This document shows positions 37,216 to 50,488 of a stretch of DNA of 64,000 nucleotides, one piece after another. Both the position numbers and the translations under genes were made by a program. Source of the DNA: Felis catus (lineage: Eukaryota); the NCBI RefSeq assembly GCF_018350175.1, contig NC_058368.1:161760001-161824000 (forward strand). The letters run 5' to 3'. Positions within the stretch are counted from its first letter, which is position 1. The number at the start of each line of letters is the position of its first letter. Below the pieces are notes generated by a model. That model was not told where the DNA came from, did no database searches, and worked only from the letters and a program-made list of their open reading frames with translations.

Positions 37216-40063
37216 GGTCATTATTGTATTGAGATGTCTTCACTGGTAGAACAGGTACAAAGTTCATGGTCTATGGACACAAATTGCCAAAGTAACATTT
37301 TAGATTTCATAAATATGCTTAGATACTGGGTCCCAATTTCTGCTTTTATTAGAAAATTAGTACCAACTTCAGGTAAAAGCAGTTTTCTCTGTCTCTGTTG
37401 TCCTCTTTCTCCCCTCTCTCTATTCCAGTGGTTAGGTAATCAGTCAATTAAGAGTTTTCCCTTGTCTTCCATTATTCTCCGCCTCTCTCTTCTGGGTTTG
37501 GAAGGCAAGTAAAGGTGGGCAGGAACTTACATTCCAACTGTTGAATTGCCCTCATGTTTGCTCTCTGTTTGCCAGGTTAGTGCCATTACCTTTATTCAAT
37601 AGAGAGGCCTTTTTATACCTACATTTCTACTCTCAGCTTCAAGTCTTGGGGATGCAGAATACTTGGAGGTATTCTTTCAGGCCATTTCAGATTCAAAAGA
37701 AAATGGTGGTGGCCATGTGCAGAGAATGAGGGTTTCTTTTGTTTCTTCATTTTTGCTTTATTTGCTTTTGTCTTAGTTTTGTTTCCTCAGGTTTCACATG
37801 GCATATAAGATATTGCTTTTCTTTACCCTGGAATCTGTAAAAAGTGTATGGGTATATCTCCCTACACCTACTTCCTCAAGAGCCCTGAAGGATAGGGAAA
37901 AATGCAAGTTCACTTCTTGTATGAACATACACTTTGATTTTCAATTTTTTACTATGTATCATGCTATTTTCTATTTTGGAGTTGGAAAAATGACCTTTGA
38001 TCCTTCAGGCTATAATTTATAGTAAAAACCTTTATGTGCTGAGTTATCCAGATCTGAGAGGGATGTGAGTGCTGCCTAAGTTTCTGCTCTTGTAGACTCC
38101 ATGTGGCTCTGCAGTCTGGTCCTGAGAACTCTAAGCCATCCTGAATGTCTACTGTGGAACTTCTCCCCCAGTCCGGCTCTCCCCTCAAAGTACTGTTTCT
38201 TCCAATTTTCCCAAAGTCAGCAAACTTACAACCTCAAATAACTCTTTTAGAATGAGTATTCCTTCACTATTAAGATGTTTTGTTCTATTACCTACTCAGA
38301 CTTTCAGATAATTTATCTTTATATATAGGGTTTTTGTTTTGTTTTGTTTTATAGTCAGGTTATGCTTTGCAATATAACCCTTTTGAAGCTTAGATGACTT
38401 CCCTTTACATGCCATAGTGTACATCTCATAATGAATTACAGTAACACAAACTCAGGGGTGCAAAAATTTAATTGTATTTATTTCTATATAACAGAAATAA
38501 TACCTATGTATCTATCAAATCTTTATTTTCCCCATAAAGAAGAAACTTAACCTAGTAATTTCCAAACAAAGCTATCATTTTGGGAATTAAAGCCAATCTT
38601 GGAAACTTAAGTTAAAAAATTTCCCTCTGTTTTATTATACAAAATCCTAACTTTGTCTTATATCCCTTTATTTTCCAGCTTTGAATACATTTATTTACCA
38701 TTAGTGATAGGGACTTTATGTATACTATATTAAGTATATGCTGTATAACATGTACTATCTCTCTCTCTCTCTCTGTCTCTCCCAATCTCTCTTCCCTGAG
38801 TACGTATGCATGAAAGTGTATGAGTTAGAATCCTGAAGCTACAGTCATTCTGGTTGAGTCTAGAGTGGTGTTGGTGTCAACACAGTGCAGTCTTATTGTC
38901 CAAAGTAACTTTCAAAAACTTACATTCTTAATTCATATTTCTCAAAAAAAGAGAAGAAAGATCAATGCTTAGTGTATATATCCACCATTGCTCTCATTCC
39001 AAAGCTTCTCTTGTTCCTTCCTCTTTATTCTTCCTTACCTCTCAAAAGAAAAACTCCAGCAAACCCAGCACTAACGTTCAGGGCTCACACTGAGGCAGTC
39101 AGTTTCTGTAGTCTGTGAGCTTAGTATAACATCATGTTGTACACATTTCAGCCTATATTTATAATATATTGAAACCCAGACAAGTGTTAATGAAGAAAGT
39201 CCAACCCATGAAATGCATTTTCCCTTCTTACAAAGTGAGGATAAGACTATTGCAATCTAAGTAAACCTGTAATTTTGAAATAAAATAGCATACTTTTTGT
39301 AAACAGATTATTAATTGATGACCATAGCTGATCATTTGTTTCAGATTTTTTTTTCTTCCAAAACAGTTCTGAATTATTTATATTATTTTCCTATATGTGA
39401 GGCCTTATGGTGGTATATCATCTCCCCAATGACTCTGATGTTTTCAATTTTAGTGAAAGGTTTGCATACCACTTTTATCCAGCAAATAAATCACTGAAAG
39501 AGAAAGGTGATATAACCATTTCCGCATAGCAAATACAAAATAATTTATCTTAGCTCATTTTAGTTATGCTCTTCTGTTATTGGTGTCAGCAGCTTGTGTC
39601 TGTTGCAGCAAGATTTTCTCTGATTTTTATCAGTGGGTTTTCTTATGAGCATTGCACAAAAAAGTGTGTTTGTGTGTGTATGTGTCTGTGTCTCTCTTCC
39701 ATTGGTATTGATAGCCACTAGTGTTTTCCTTATTTATCAGCCCCTCACTTATAGAACTATTCTTAATTCCTCAGTATTGCTTCAAATATTTTTCCAGACT
39801 AGGCATTTTGCCTATTTATTTTCATTTTTATTACTTGTACACCATCCAGTTTCCCAGAATGTATTGAGAGAGTATCTTTATATATCCTTAATTATCCTTA
39901 TAATTTAGTTTAATATTAATTTTTATTAAAAATATTGCTGGGTACATGTTGATGCTCTAAGTCTACCTTAAAAATAGTTTCAATTATCCTTTCAGTTTTT
40001 AGCTTTTTAAAAAAGTTCCCAATCTAAGACAATTTTGCTGCATCAAATGCATTGTGACTCTTT

Positions 40064-40284
40064 TTTTTTAAATTTTTTTTTCAACGTTTATTTATTTTTG
40101 GGACAGAGAGAGACAGAGCATGAATGGGGGAGGGGCAGAGAGAGAGGGAGACACAGAATCGGAAACAGGCTCCAGGCTCTGAGCCATCAGCCCAGAGCCC
40201 GACGCAGGGCTCGAACTCACGGACCGCGAGATCGTGACCTGGCTGAAGTCGGACGCTTAACCGACTGCGCCACCCAGGCGCCCC
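40064..40284 (-). mobile_element. Young SINEC_Fc-like SINE
   Basis: 16-bp TSD tgca(t/c)tgtgactcttt (40048-40063 / 40285-40300). Confidence 0.97.
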
Positions 40285-40727
40285 TGCACTGTGACTCTTT
40301 ACATCCTCGCCTAGCGACTCTGCTAGGTCTGCCTGACCTGTGGTCAGATTCTCATCCCTCACGTGTCTGAGCCAATGACATGCTAATACTAAGCCCATTG
40401 TACTTACCTGTTTATGATCCATTTGGGCAAGGAGGTAAAAGAATGTACCCTGGGAGATATTTCCCTTGCTGTCACTGTGCAACAGCAGCCCTATCTGCTC
40501 CCATCATGGCAACTACCCCTGCTGAGACAGTGACTCCTCTTCTTGCCTGCTGATTTCTTTGCACAGGATTCCAAAGTGACCTCGTAGGAATCATAGCTTA
40601 TGGGAATCTTGCTATAAATCTGCAGAAAACATTCTCTCTTTAGAAAATAACAGCTTCTATTTCCATAAAGACCAAAAATTCAGGGACAGGAAGCACAAAG
40701 TAAATCACTGGGGTGATGCTAAGCAGG

Positions 40728-41286
40728 TGTGGAGGCAGGATTCTGGTCCCCATGATTCATTCCCTAGTGTGATGCCTGTGATTATGTTCCTAGGCAAAAA
40801 GGGAGTGAAAGTTGCAGATGGAGTTAAGATTGTTGATATGCTAACCTTAAAATATAGAGATTATCCTAGATAATTATGGTGGGTTTTACATGGTTATAAG
40901 GCCCTTGAAAGCATAAGAGGAAAGTAGAAGAGTCAAAGAGGTGGGATGGTAGAAAAGGTGAGAGAGATTTGAAGCACGAGAGACTCAACGCACTGTAGCT
41001 GGTTTTGGAGATGGAAGAAGGGGACTGCCCGCTAAGAAACACCTGTGGCATCTAAAACCTGGGAATAACTCTCAGCTCACAGCCAGCAGGGGAAAGGACT
41101 TCAGTCCTACAGTGGCAAGGGACTAAAATCTTCCAGCAAGATAAATAAACAAGGAAATGGATTATCCCCTAGGTCTTCCAGAAAGGAATACAGCCCTTTT
41201 GATACTTTGATTTTAGCCTAGTGAGAACTTCACCATATGTCTGACCTACATAGCTCTAAGATGATAAATTTGTGGTATTTCTTAAG
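40728..41286 (+). mobile_element. MLT1D/E-like MaLR LTR (3' end clipped)
   Basis: tgtggaggcaggattct...gcagatggagttaag...gagattatcctagat...cagctcacagccagca...tccagaaaggaatacagccc...actttgattttagcc...gatgataaatttgtg. Confidence 0.85.
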
Positions 41287-44200
41287 TGTCCCATGGCGTC
41301 TTTAAAAAGGAAAATTATCATTGTATACCTTTTTTTTCCCCAAACGTGATATCAAAGCATTCTCTATAAGGGGATAAGCCAAGTACAGAGCATCCTTCAA
41401 TGTTTAAACGCTCATTGAGAATTTAAAAATCCACAACCTTAAGCTAAATACAAAGTTCTTTATAATTATAATTCTAACACAGCCAACAAAGAAAAACTTT
41501 AAACTCAAATGAAAACAAAACACAAAAACTAAAACTTTCATGTTCAATTGTTATTTTCATGTCACGATTTTTATAAAAGGAAACATTATATAACTGTTTA
41601 AAAGGCCATGCAGAATAAAATGTATATTGCTTTAGGAAGAAGTAACAGCCAACTGGTGTGACAAATATGTGGAGCGTTCACCTTTTGGTTTGAATTATTA
41701 TGTATCTGAAGGCTAATATACTTAGAAATTAATGGTCATTTTGTTTTGATGGTAGTTTTTATTTTTTTTTTATTTCTGTGTTGTTTGGATATTTTGCAGC
41801 CATTATTATTTTGTTACAAAATGAAACTCAGAGTTCTATTATCTGCACACAAAAAGTGACAGAGTCATGCACACTACTTAGGGTAGGCTCTGTAGGGTGT
41901 ATATTGCCTTGTTGAGTCACTTTGGCGAATCTTGCTATGACAAGCATATCTGATGGGTTTTAGAAGCACAAAATAATATTCTCTCCCATACCACACAGGA
42001 GGAATCTTGCTAATATATTTAAAATATATCTTTAGTTAAGAATATACTTGAAAAATATGTTAGTTTGCTTTGCAATGTTATTTACTTCAAATTATGCTAC
42101 AACATTTTCTGATTTTTTAATCAAAGTTTTGTTTTTAAGCATATACTAATAGCATCACTGCATACAGACATACTGTATTTTATTATTAATTGTCTTTATG
42201 ATAGCTCAGTTTTCTTCAACTTTTGCCACCACAAACAAGTAACATATTCGGGAAACCATTGGGGATTATATCTTGAACTAAGCCTTGATATACCCACTTA
42301 ATTTCATAAAAAGAAAACCCAGAAATCTCTCTAAAAGAGTTGCACAGATTTATGCTCTTACTGTCAGTAAATGTTTCCATTTCTCTATATTCCACTAGCA
42401 CTTTTTATTATTCAATAATTTCAGGAAAGCGTACTTGTCATTTGATAATTTCTTCATAAACTTGTTACTTTTACTTACATTGTCTTTGGTTAATGAGAAA
42501 TTTTTCATTTGTTATATAATAATACTTTTGCTTTTATAGTTAATGCTTTAGGGGAATTTTTAAGATATGAGAAATATGAAAAAAAAGTCCTAACAAGCTT
42601 TGAGCAACAGGCATATCATTACATATTTAGTTATCATTTGACCTGAATCTCATGATCAACGCAATCTTACTATATGATAATTTTGAAGGATTATCCTCTC
42701 GGATACAGAATATCTGTTTGATTTGTTTAAATATAAGTCATATAGTTTCCCTACATACATTTCAATAAATGTCATCATATTCAAAGGAAATAAAGATATT
42801 TCCAAAAATCATATTGTTTTGAGTAGTTGCTAAATCATACATTTGTCTAGGACAATGGTAAACAAGATGGGATTTTGGAATAACAGATAAAAATAGATAA
42901 ACCAGAACATATGCTCATGCTACCTTGAATAACATTCTGACTGCATATGTGATTGCTTTTCTGTGCTGTGTGTTTGTTTCCAAGCACTGTCTATGAAGTG
43001 TGGAGAGTCAGTGGAAGAGGTTAGCTAAAGGCATTCCAATTAGATCTCATCTGTCTGAGGGCTGGTGTATGCTGGGCTCAACAGTGTCTGAGGCAGTATT
43101 GCTTGATAAGCATCTCATGATTCAGAAGGATGTGAACTTATAGATTATTCATTACTGAGAAGGGATATCCAGCCTTCTCTTACTTATCTAAGCTTTTTGT
43201 AGCATTATTTCTCAGGTTATTACCAGTACAGATGATATAAATCAGTAGATAATTCTTCTTGGCCTTTCCTAACCAACACAGCAGTTTTTGAATTCCAGTG
43301 ACAGAGATAAATAGGGAGGTAGAAAGGTAGGCTTCAGAGTTGTTGTGAATTGTGAATGTACCTACTTTGCCCTTCCCAGTTTGGACTTGCTATTTTGTAC
43401 CAGTGCAAAATGCTTGCTGCTACAAAAAAAAAAAAAAGACTGAGAAACTCATTAACGAAAGATAGTTCAGGGATTCTGGGTACATAGAAGCAATTGGCTG
43501 AGCAGCAAACTGTCTTAGGGAAAACATATACAAATAATCATTATTTATGGTCCAAGAATAGTGTTTTTTTTTCAATTTCTATCATTTGGCAATTAGTTAT
43601 AATTTGTAAAACATCTAAATATATCAATTCCAGGTAATACTTTTCTGTTTTTTTTTGTTTTTACCAAAAAATTAAATGAATAAATAAGCACACAAATTCT
43701 ATAAAGAAACAAATATGTCTTGCACAGTTATTGACTTATAATTCAGCAGACTCTTTTAGGTCACTGAGTTACTTTTAATAAATAGCACCATTACATGACT
43801 AAATGGTCTTCAAGACTTGACATAAATCCTCTAAAGAATAGTTCACATTAATGTCACTATTAAATTTATCCTTTCTTATTTTATCTGTCTCTCTCTCTGT
43901 CTCTCTGTCTCTCTCTCTTTCTATCTCCTAGCTGGCTAGAGGAACAAATCACATAAAAGCATTTAACACACCCCAGAAATTGTATGATATTATAGGAATA
44001 AACATTATTTAAAAATCACTCTTAGAATTTTAATAAAAGCAAACTGTATTCTACCAATAAAAACACAGCTTCAAATTTTGTTAATAGTTTAGTTCAGTTG
44101 GCCCTGGAGAATAAGTTCTACAATTTCACAGTGAGGTTAGAAGTACTTAAATGATAAAAATAAAAGTGCTTAAATGTTTTTTGCATTCACACAATTTCTG

Positions 44201-44551
44201 ACTTACTTTCATCTTTATATATAATTAATAAGCCATTTTAAAACCTTTTGGGAAGAAGGCAGTATGGCTAAATGCATAAGCAAGAAGATACTTAATATTT
44301 TTATGAAATTGCAATCAATTTTACCATTCTATTTACATTTAAAAGATATTTATAGTCATTCTCCATGTTCCTAAACAAACTGTGATAACTTGACAATTAA
44401 GTTCAGTTAGTCTAAATTGTCAACTAATTAAAACTTTTGAATATGTTTTATACAAAATGGTGTTTTAAACTATTAGGATAAGTAATCAAATTCTATAATT
44501 TTCTAAATCTGCATTTCATGCTATAAAGAAACAGCCTTGTGAGAGTATATA

Positions 44552-44560
44552 TGTGTGTGT

Positions 44561-44605
<45 letters not shown>
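44552..44605. repeat. (TG)n(CA)n compound microsatellite
   Basis: Direct reading. Confidence 0.85.
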
Positions 44606-45294
44606 AAATGTCAAACGGAAGGAATGTTCAAAGATCTATTCTTATTGCACTGATGTTTAATACAATTTTATATTTTAATATGCTCAGTTTAAATACAATT
44701 ACTACAAACCTTAATGCTGGTTGGATCATTGTATGTAGCTTTTATTGATTTTTATATGTTAATTAAAAATTAGATAAATATTAATATTTTAATTTTATTA
44801 CCCAAATTTATTCTTCAATTTTGTTTACAATTTAATTGTACTTTTACTCACAAATTTATGTCATAGGATGGCTTCTACATCGAAGTTTCACCCTATACCT
44901 TTATTAAGAAAAGAAAACATTTTGTATTGATTTATTTTTCTGCAATACTCTTTTCAAAGAAAGTAGATTAGTATTATATTCTTTAATTTACAAATTTCCT
45001 ACACTCCACTCCCAAATACCACCACCAAGAGCACTGCCAAGAAATCATTTCAGTGAAACTATTCTACAAAGGTAGTAAACAGCTGTACCAATGCCCTGTG
45101 TGTAGGGTGTTATCATTCAGTATAGTCCTTTTATAGATCAGGGCAATGGCATAAAAAAATATTAGTGATTGTGTAAAGAACACACACAAAAAATAGTATT
45201 TAAACCAAGAGTCTTGATGTACTTGTCAGTATTTTTCATGTAAACATGTTTGGGGGAAAGAGAGATAATATTTTAAAGAATATTGTGAACTTAA

Positions 45295-45520
45295 GAGCAC
45301 CTGGGTGGCTTAGTCAGTTAAGTGTCCAACTCCTGATTTTGGCTCAGGTCATGATCTCACAGTCCATGAAGTCAAGCTCCTCATCAGGCTCTGTGCTCAC
45401 ACTGTGAAGCCTGCTTGCAATTTTTTTTCTCTCCTTCTCTCTGTGCCCCTCTCCCGCTTGTTCTCTCCCTCTCTCTCTCAAAATTAATTAATTAATTAAT
45501 TAATTACTTAATTTAAAAAA
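45295..45520 (+). mobile_element. Older Can-SINE with (TAAT)n tail
   Basis: gagcacctgggtggcttagtcagttaagtgtccaactc...(CT)n...caaaattaattaa. Confidence 0.9.
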
Positions 45521-45775
45521 ACAAAAAGAGCTTATCAATCAAGCATCCCATTCAAATATATCATCTCATTGAATGTGGAATGTGCTTCTGAGACTTTAGG
45601 CCCAACATTGAATGAGGCCTCTGCTTCTTATGTGATTATTGTCTACTTTTTATGAATTTGTAACTTATCTGTTTATAGAAAGTAGAAATAATAAATAAAG
45701 GCTATTGAAAATGAAAATTTAAAACCATATCCACCATACCCATCCTATCATTGGTTGATCTAAAATTAAAAGTAA

Positions 45776-45991
45776 GGGGCGCCTGGGTGGCGCAGTCGGT
45801 TAAGCGTCCGACTTCAGCCAGGTCATGATCTCGCGGTCCGGGAGTTCGAGCCCCGCGTCGGGCTCTGGGCTGATGGCTCAGAGCCTGGAGCCTGTTTCCG
45901 ATTCTGTGTCTCCCTCTCTCTCTGCCCCTCCCCCGTTCATGCTCTGTCTCTCTCTGTCCCAAAAATAAATAAACGTTGAAAAAAAAATTGT
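45776..45991 (+). mobile_element. Young SINEC_Fc-like SINE
   Basis: Perfect 15-bp TSD taaaattaaaagtaa (45761-45775 / 45992-46006). Confidence 0.97.
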
Positions 45992-47248
45992 TAAAATTAA
46001 AAGTAAATATTAAGTTGTTAAAATAAAAGAAAATAATCTCAGTTCAAAAGAACTTATTCAATATACACAATATACACATAGATAAGAATCTTTCATATGA
46101 AAATAATCATTTTCATAGATTTTGGACACTAACTCTTTATCTGATATGTCATTTGCAAATATCTTCTCCCATTCTGTCGGTTGCCTTTTAGTTTTGCCTC
46201 TTGTTTCCTTTGCTGTGCAGAAGCTTTTTATTTTGATGAGGTCCCTGTAGTTCATTTTTGCTTTTGTTTCCCTTGCCTCCGGAGACGTGTTGAGTAAGAT
46301 GTTGCTGCGGCCAAGGTTAAAGAGGTTTTGCCTGCTTTCTCTTCAAGGATTTTGATGGCTTCCTGTCTTACATTTAGTTCTTTAATCCATTTTGAGTTTA
46401 TTTTTGCGTATGGTGTATAAAGTAGTCCAAGTTCACTCTTCTGCATGTCACTGTCCAGTTTTCCCAGCACCACTTGCTGAAGATACTGTCTTTATTCCAT
46501 TGGATATTCTTTCCTGCTTTGTCAAAGATTAGTTGGCCATATGTCTGTGGGTCTGTTTCTGGGTTCTCTGTTCTGTTCCATTGATCTGAGTGTTCTTGTG
46601 CCAGTATCATATTATCTTGATGATTACAGCTTTGTAGTATAGCTTGAAGTCTGGGATTGTGATGCCTCCTGCATGGTTTTCTCTTTCAAGATTGTTTTGC
46701 CTATTCAGGGTCTTTTCTGGTTCTGTACAAATTTTAGAACTTATCAAACTCAGCACCCAAAAAAACCAAATAATCCAGTGAAAAAGTGGGTAAAAGATAG
46801 GAATAGACACTTCTCCAAGGAAGACATCCAGTTGGCCAACCTACACATGAAAAAATGTTCAACATCACTCATCACCAGAGAAATACAAATCAAAACCACA
46901 ATGAGATATCACCTCATACCTGTCAGAATGGCTAACATTAACAACTCAGGCAACAACAGATGTTGGCAAGGATGCGGGGAAAGAGGGTCTTTTTTTGCAT
47001 TGTTGGTGGGAATGCATGCTGGTGCAGCCACTCTGGAAAACAGTATGGAGGTTCCTCAAAACACTAAAAATAGAACTACCCTACATCCCAGCAATTGCAC
47101 TAATAGGTATTTATCCACGGGATACAGGTGTGCTGTTTCGAAGGGACACATGCACCCCCTTGTTTATAGCAGCACTATCAACAATAGCCAAAGTATGGAA
47201 AGAACCCAAATGTCTATCGATGGATGAATGGATAAAGAAGATGTGGTG

Positions 47249-47253
47249 TATAT

Positions 47254-47294
<41 letters not shown>

Positions 47295-47335
47295 ACATAT
47301 ATAAATATATATATATATATACGTATATATATATG

Positions 47336-47382
<47 letters not shown>
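47249..47382. repeat. (TA)n(CA)n expansion inside the L1 ORF2 C-terminal region
   Basis: Lies between L1 ...aagaagatgtggtg and caatggagtattactcagc. Confidence 0.92.
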
Positions 47383-47385
<3 letters not shown>

Positions 47386-47577
47386 GGAGTATTACTCAGC
47401 AATCAAAAAGAATGAAATCTTGCCATTTGCAACTATGTGGATGGAACTGGAGGGTATTATGCTAAGTGAAATTAGTCAGAGAGACAAAAGTCATGACTTC
47501 ACTCATATGAGGACTTTAAGAGACAAAACAGATGAACTTAAGGGAAGGAAAACAAAAATAATATAAACACGGGGGGG

Positions 47578-47813
47578 GGGGTGCCTGGGTGCGCAGTCGG
47601 TTAAGCGTCCGACTTCAGCCAGGTCACGATCTCGCGGTCCATGAGTTCGAGCCCCGCGTCAGGCTCTGGGCTGATGGCTCAGAGCCTGGAGCCTGTTTCC
47701 GATTCTGTGTCTCCCTCTCTCTCTGCCCCTCCCCCGTTCATGCTCTGTCTCTCTCTGTCCCCCCAAAAATAAATAAACGTTGAAAAAAAATTTAAAAAAA
47801 TAAAATAAAAAAA
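47578..47813 (+). mobile_element. Young SINEC_Fc-like SINE inserted in the L1 3' UTR
   Basis: Near-consensus body; TSD approximately ataaacac(g/a)ggg(g/a)gg (47563-47577 / 47814-47828). Confidence 0.95.
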
Positions 47814-48336
47814 ATAAACACAGGGAGGGGGACAAAACAGAAGAGACTCATAAATATGTAGAACAAACTGAGGGTTACTGGAGGGTTGTGGGAGGGGGGA
47901 TGGGCTAAATGGGTAAGGGGCATTAAGGAATCTCCTCGTGAAATCATTGTTACACTATATGCTAACTAATTTGGATGTAAATGTTAAAAATAAAAAAAAG
48001 AAAATTAAAAAAAAAGAAAATCATTTTTAGTTTTTGTATTCTTAAGTCATTGGTATTTAATTACTCATGACTGGCTCACTTATAAGACAATGTAGCACAT
48101 AGCACATATGCATTGCTGTTTATTACAATGTCCTGTGCAAGTACTTTTTATTTGGGTAGGCATTCACTCCACCAAACTTGCAAAGAAAATGTTGGTCTTC
48201 ATAGGATTTTTTTTTCCAAAGAATTAAAAAAATATTAATGCATACAGAGATTAGTGTCAATATAAAAGGCAAACCTATAGTACTCTTCTATGTCTAAGGA
48301 GACAGAACTTTCACTGCAGAAAAAGTAAAAAAACCT

Positions 48337-48542
48337 GGGGCGCCTGGGTGGCTCAGTCAGTTAAGCATCTGACTTCGGCTCAGTTCACGATCTCACAGTT
48401 CTGTGAGTTCGAGCCCCGCGTCGGGCTCTGTGCTGACAGCTCAGAGCCTGGAGCCTGCTTCATATTCTGTGTCTCCCTCTCTCTCTGCCCCTTCCCTGCT
48501 TATGCTGTGTCTCTCTCTGTCTCAAAAATAAATAAACATTAA
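48337..48542 (+). mobile_element. Felid Can-SINE
   Basis: ggggcgcctgggtggctcagtcagttaagcatctgacttcggctcag...; TSD approximately aaaagtaaaaaaac. Confidence 0.95.
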
Positions 48543-50456
48543 AAAAGTAAAAAAAAACTTTAGTTTATAATACAAATATGATTAATCTATTGGATAACTA
48601 AATGTAGGAAGCTTATTTGGGGTTAACAGATATTAACTCCAAGAGACCATTTAACAACTAAGCATAAATACAAATGTAATTCATGATAGCTAGGGTTGGC
48701 TGACCTTGGTGGACACATTAAACATTGTAAATTTCAAAGCCACAAGAGAGATTCTAGAAGATTCAATTCATTGTCATTCCCTTCTCCATCTAAAATGTTC
48801 AGTGTACAGTGAAAGAACAAAGTGAAAATGTACACAATCACAGATACTTTCCAGGAAATGTTATTTAACATACTTTTCAAATGCTAAAAAATGCATTGCT
48901 TTCAAACATCATTTTTTTTTATTTTGGGAGAGAGATAAACAATATTCAGTTTCCTTTATAATTAAAGGTCATTATTGGAAATGTAACCAAGATGTTAAAA
49001 ATGGGCTTTGATTTCTTAAGTAAAAAAACAAGTGATATTAAAATAAACCATTCATATTTTAACCATTACTCTCTTTTATCCTATACCTAAAACCCACATC
49101 TACAAATAAGAGTTATACAGTTAGAGAAAATTGACTGAAGAAAATAGAAAATGGAAAAAGGTACTATTGCTGATATTTGGACATTTGAAAATATCTTTAC
49201 TTCTATTTGTCCTTTTCTTTAGAAGTATTTCACAAAGCATTTAAGATTTACAAGTTTACAATGAACAAGGATAACAGCAAGTGATGCAAAACCTGCCTTG
49301 TTTAAATTCAAATCCAAAATTTGGTGTGGTCCATTATGACCTCTAGAACTGGCGGATTGCCTAATGTTTTATAAGGAACCAAACAGGTAGATCACAATGA
49401 CAGGATGTTCTTGTTAGACTTTTTACTATTTAGTGATTCAGTGACTAACAGTGATTCAGTGATTCATTGATTTCACTTCTATTATTTCTGAATGTCAATA
49501 TTATTGCTTTTCTTCAGATATAAGGTGGAAAATATTTGTTATTTTATCAGTAAGTATGATGTTATATCTAGATTTTTCTTTGATGCTCTTAATCACAATA
49601 AGGGAATTCCTTGTTATTTCTAATATGGTGAGATTTCAATTTTCTTTTTATAAATTGGTACTGAGGTTTTTCAAATTATTTTTCTGCATCTACTTAGGTA
49701 TAGTTTTGATCAAAATTTAAAATCTTTTCTTTTTGTTTTTCATTTACGCTGTTTATATGATGAATTGCATTAATTTATTTTCAAATGTATTTGATCCTTA
49801 TATTTCTAGGATAGATGTCACTTGGTTCTGATTTTTATACTGATTGTATTTTACTAGACTCAACTAGATGAAATTTGGTTAATGATTTTTCCATTTGTGC
49901 TCTTGAAGGGTACTGATATGTGGTTATTTTCTTTGTAATATATTTAACTGGTTAGGATATTGGAGTAATGCTAGCCTCATAAAATGAGGTAGCCAATTGT
50001 ACACATGCATACTTCATCTCATCTTGCTTGCTACAACTTGTACTTATCTCTTGGGTAACCTAAAGTCATAGAGTTAACCCTTGATGAAACTTGAAAGAAA
50101 TACACTGTTAAATGATTAATATACTCCTGTGTTAGAGTCTGAAATAGATCAGGGACAATTTATACCTTTTTATCATCATTTAACAGATTGGTATTTCATA
50201 CATAGTTTATTTCACGAGACTACCTGCTGGTGAGTCTTACCATGCACCTGGTTTTAGTTATGTGAATGGAGGGTATATAAAAGCTCTTTGAAGGAGACTA
50301 TGGATCCCCTTAAACTAAGGTGTTTCACATATATTTGATGATTCAAACTCTGAAGATGAAGCTATCTTTCTTGTGTGACTGAGAAAGAAGGGCACTGTGC
50401 CTGGAAGTCTAGACCTCACTAATATTGCTTGTGAGCTCTTCCTTCTGTTTACCATG

Positions 50457-50483
<27 letters not shown>

Positions 50484-50488
<5 letters not shown>

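Larger units (their letters stand above)
46114..48018 (+). mobile_element. 5'-inverted (twin-primed) carnivore L1: inverted part 46114-46737 (-), sense part 46736-48018 (+)
   Basis: The two parts are contiguous in L1 sequence (...aaaatctatga | agaacttatcaaactc...); 2-nt AG microhomology at the junction; TSD core aatcatttt (46105-46113 / 48019-48027); A-rich tail. Confidence 0.92.

Noticed and set aside
46673..47227. 184-aa ORF, the longest in the window
   Set aside because: Fortuitous read-through across the L1 inversion junction, partly L1 ORF2 and partly off-frame.
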